Positions 62,601 through 64,000 of a DNA stretch of 64,000 bases are shown here, one piece after another. A program made the position numbers and the translations under genes. The notes beneath the pieces were generated by a model. That model saw only the letters and a list, made by a program, of their open reading frames with translations, did not search any database and was not told where the DNA came from. Where the stretch lies: positions 14,198,001 to 14,262,000 of the forward strand of contig JBHGNT010000006.1 of the NCBI GenBank assembly GCA_043228905.1. The letters run 5' to 3'. The stretch's first letter is position 1, and every line of letters begins with the position of its first letter. The DNA comes from Azolla caroliniana (taxonomy: Eukaryota > Plantae > Polypodiophyta).

Positions 62601-64000
62601 TAAGCCCTCGTACGCTGCTATTAAGAACGCTGCCTGGTACTTGGCTATGGCTGGGGGACGGGGATTCACGAATCCGTATTCCATCATAGCGCGGGCCACT
62701 TCTCCGAACAGCAGGTTCTCTCCGCCCTGCGTTCGGTACGCCTTGCTGCTGATAGAGTATTCCCCGAAATATTCGAACAGGATTTCACTGGAAGGGTTTT
62801 CGATTGTTTGAAGTCCTCTTGCTTTGATCCCCGTGAGCGCCTGCACCGCTCCTTCCGTGACTTCTGATATATCGATCGATGCTGCCGCCTGCTCTGGTTC
62901 TGCGTGTGGTGGAGCGTCGGCGATCCGCAGCAATCCTTTTAACCCGTTCTCCCTCATCCATTGGCGTGCCTCTTCCGACAGTACCATTGTTTCGAATTCT
63001 TCTTCTGCTGCCTGTTGTTCGGGATCGCGCTGTGTGTGCTCTGTGTGTCGGGTCGCTCTTCTGTGCTTCTGCGCCTGTATGTAGGAAAATTCGTAAAAAG
63101 TGAGCCCTTCGCAGGCCTGTGTCTTATATAGTGGGTTGTGCCTCGAGCCGCCCTTTTTCGTTTCCCGCGCATGTTCCTCTCCCGCCATAATTAGTATGTC
63201 CTTTCTTGTTTGCCGCGTGTGAGTGCCCACGTTCCATGCTTTAAATAGCAAGTCCGCGCACGTCCTTCTTTAATGCATGGCGCCCCTTCGTTGCATGGTG
63301 GCGCTCCCACCTCTTGTGATCTCCCCATCATTACGATGATTCGCGTCGATTTTGCCCACGTCATTTTTTATTTTATTTTATTTTTATTTTTTATTTTTTA
63401 TTTTTTTATTTTTTTATTTTTTTATTTTATTTTTCCTTTTGCTTGGACCACGTCATTTGCTGGTCCCCCCCGATTTGTTCGGGTCGGTTCGTGTGGATAC
63501 CGGATCCTTCTGTCGGTTTTCCGGGATAGTCTTCGTCAGTATCGGTGTCGGTTCTTCCTCGGTCCTAGTATCTTCAGCAGCGTCTGTCGGTGTCGGTTCT
63601 TCCTCGGTCCGGATTTTCGGGTTTCGCTTGAACGGGTTGGCTGGCATATTTCCCTTATACGGCTTTAGCCGAAATCCATTTGCCCACTTGCCGATGACAT
63701 CTCCAGACAACGTGTCGAGCTGATACGATCCAATGTACTCCTTGGTGATCCAGAACGGTCCGGTCCATCGAAACCGCAACTTTCCCGGCATGTTCCCCAT
63801 CCGTGTCTGGAATAGTAGCACCGGTTTCCCGACTTCGAACTCCTTTTCATTGCCACGCCGGTGTCGGTCCACGAAGGCTTTTCTCCTCCTTTGCTCCAGT
63901 TGGAGTTGTAGTAAGCTGGCTATTCAGTTTTCCTCTAATTCCAACAGCGTTGCCAGCCGGATTCGTTCGGACTCGTTCTCACTTAAGCGCTCCTTCACCT
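59644..64000 (-). mobile_element. Athila-like Gypsy 3' portion: integrase C-terminus, extra ORF, 3' LTR 59644-60033; continues beyond the window
   Basis: GKLRFRWTGPFWI...ANGFRLKPY. LTR TGTTG...CAACA with ctataaaagg on the minus strand near 59850. The host Copia frame (K|MLEYETG) resumes at 59643. Confidence 0.88.
60084..63251 (-). CDS. Intact extra ORF (up to 1055 aa; likely start MAGEE at 63188) of the Athila-like element: N-terminal globular region, Pro/Glu linker, long coiled coil, acidic tail
   Basis: Uninterrupted 3.2-kb ORF between pol and the 3' LTR. Its N-terminus is homologous to ORF 34028-34387. Confidence 0.85.
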   Translation of the reverse strand: MLFKAWNVGTHTRQTRKDILIMAGEEHARETKKGGSRHNPLYKTQACEGLTFYEFSYIQAQKHRRATRHTEHTQRDPEQQAAEEEFETMVLSEEARQWMRENGLKGLLRIADAPPHAEPEQAAASIDISEVTEGAVQALTGIKARGLQTIENPSSEILFEYFGEYSISSKAYRTQGGENLLFGEVARAMMEYGFVNPRPPAIAKYQAAFLIAAYEGLQIDWLHFITEGLKEAIRNLVEGKRPWAGIAQWLTVLVPPVLPITQKKRGRQETTPKKVTKRRQILEKHTPGWTQQEAEQQEEGPSRQQQEPATKAKPAGKGKGKAAEEEPIARKPIHITLRQPEPEPKVSIQKVRLVTAPEEETETEDSSEPLVRLPARQGREKRAKGPAPPVDRTQQRAQGPSPVAEAETALEPVPREAAPTPVGPDFRKPVIPEKKKEQAPEPEPEKRPENQPGLSEQGHPDTGRTKPQWLRWLSEQLSGVADQLEKEQTCRQQLTHTTTQELVALRTQIEEMQGELLQAREGIQQAQAVTEPVRTTRKQPEPEPEPVALQTGPETEKIIETLREELQAQEALREREREQRKAVEDDRRKMEEGLRKGRAANDRLQEEKEKLQKEKDRLCRHAEQEIERLQEELRQQKDRDDRLRAQATRRLKQKTEDFDRLYRDHKQAESDNKKRAADYDRQIEKLKEQLKETRLDLAKAMDEVSANKEALSAEIAQATERRKELEALRREKLDLTKIRNEEKEKSTFTISKLQSTYEKQKADYEAQAQIMADITKRARKEKQEAYAHAKAGVDRIKLIMSGWSTRAQASINESTEKLWKEWSQQAAELQTLRADAENRRKTGDKFYKMDEESIVAIREELSEDFYTLAEEHLKEIRGLVERLDDGQLATQLELERYEQDRLRQEAKGRTMPTTIGEGTRPAEDEPTDTEQPRRGIPEDELEEEQERTDAGEEEELRPEDTRAEEGGILSRPVETGESDTGNRTEPGTEGEQEEPGRRGEEAPAPQNQAEPEQQIFTEQPTQPEVGDQAGKEQEQEEEAPLDTIEQSVLDILEED

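Noticed and set aside
60046-63103. Numerous plus-strand ORFs
   Set aside because: Antisense shadows of the GC-rich 1055-aa minus-strand ORF.

Overview
Eukaryotic, TE-dense land-plant nuclear DNA. Evidence: GT-AG introns, TTTAGGG repeats, PBS sites matching plant tRNAs and (TATG)n/(CA)n/(CT)n microsatellites. The TE lineages suggest a non-seed plant such as a fern, which is inference only. One intact host gene is present: an 11-exon organellar (probably mitochondrial) elongation factor P at 20999-28793 (-). The most unusual object is at 304-16335. It is a decayed, intron-containing gene encoding a ParB/Srx-like domain fused to a bacterial/phage-type beta-class amino (N6A/N4C) DNA methyltransferase (DIPY...QKP...FSGT[G]T). 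It sits head-to-head with a DUF7869/Sola-like transposase gene, so it is apparently a DNA transposon carrying its own prokaryote-type DNA methylase. A complete 11.3-kb Sola2-type element (27-bp TIRs, ACAA TSD, transposase plus a second convergent gene) inserted into the third codon of that methylase gene. From 31.3 kb to the end is a nest of Copia and Gypsy LTR retrotransposons, whose LTRs, TSDs, PBS and PPT sites could mostly be resolved. One Athila-like Gypsy has an intact 1055-aa extra ORF and a 3' LTR preceded by a tRNA-Arg-like 3' end instead of a polypurine tract. All family assignments come from motif reading by eye; no database search was run.
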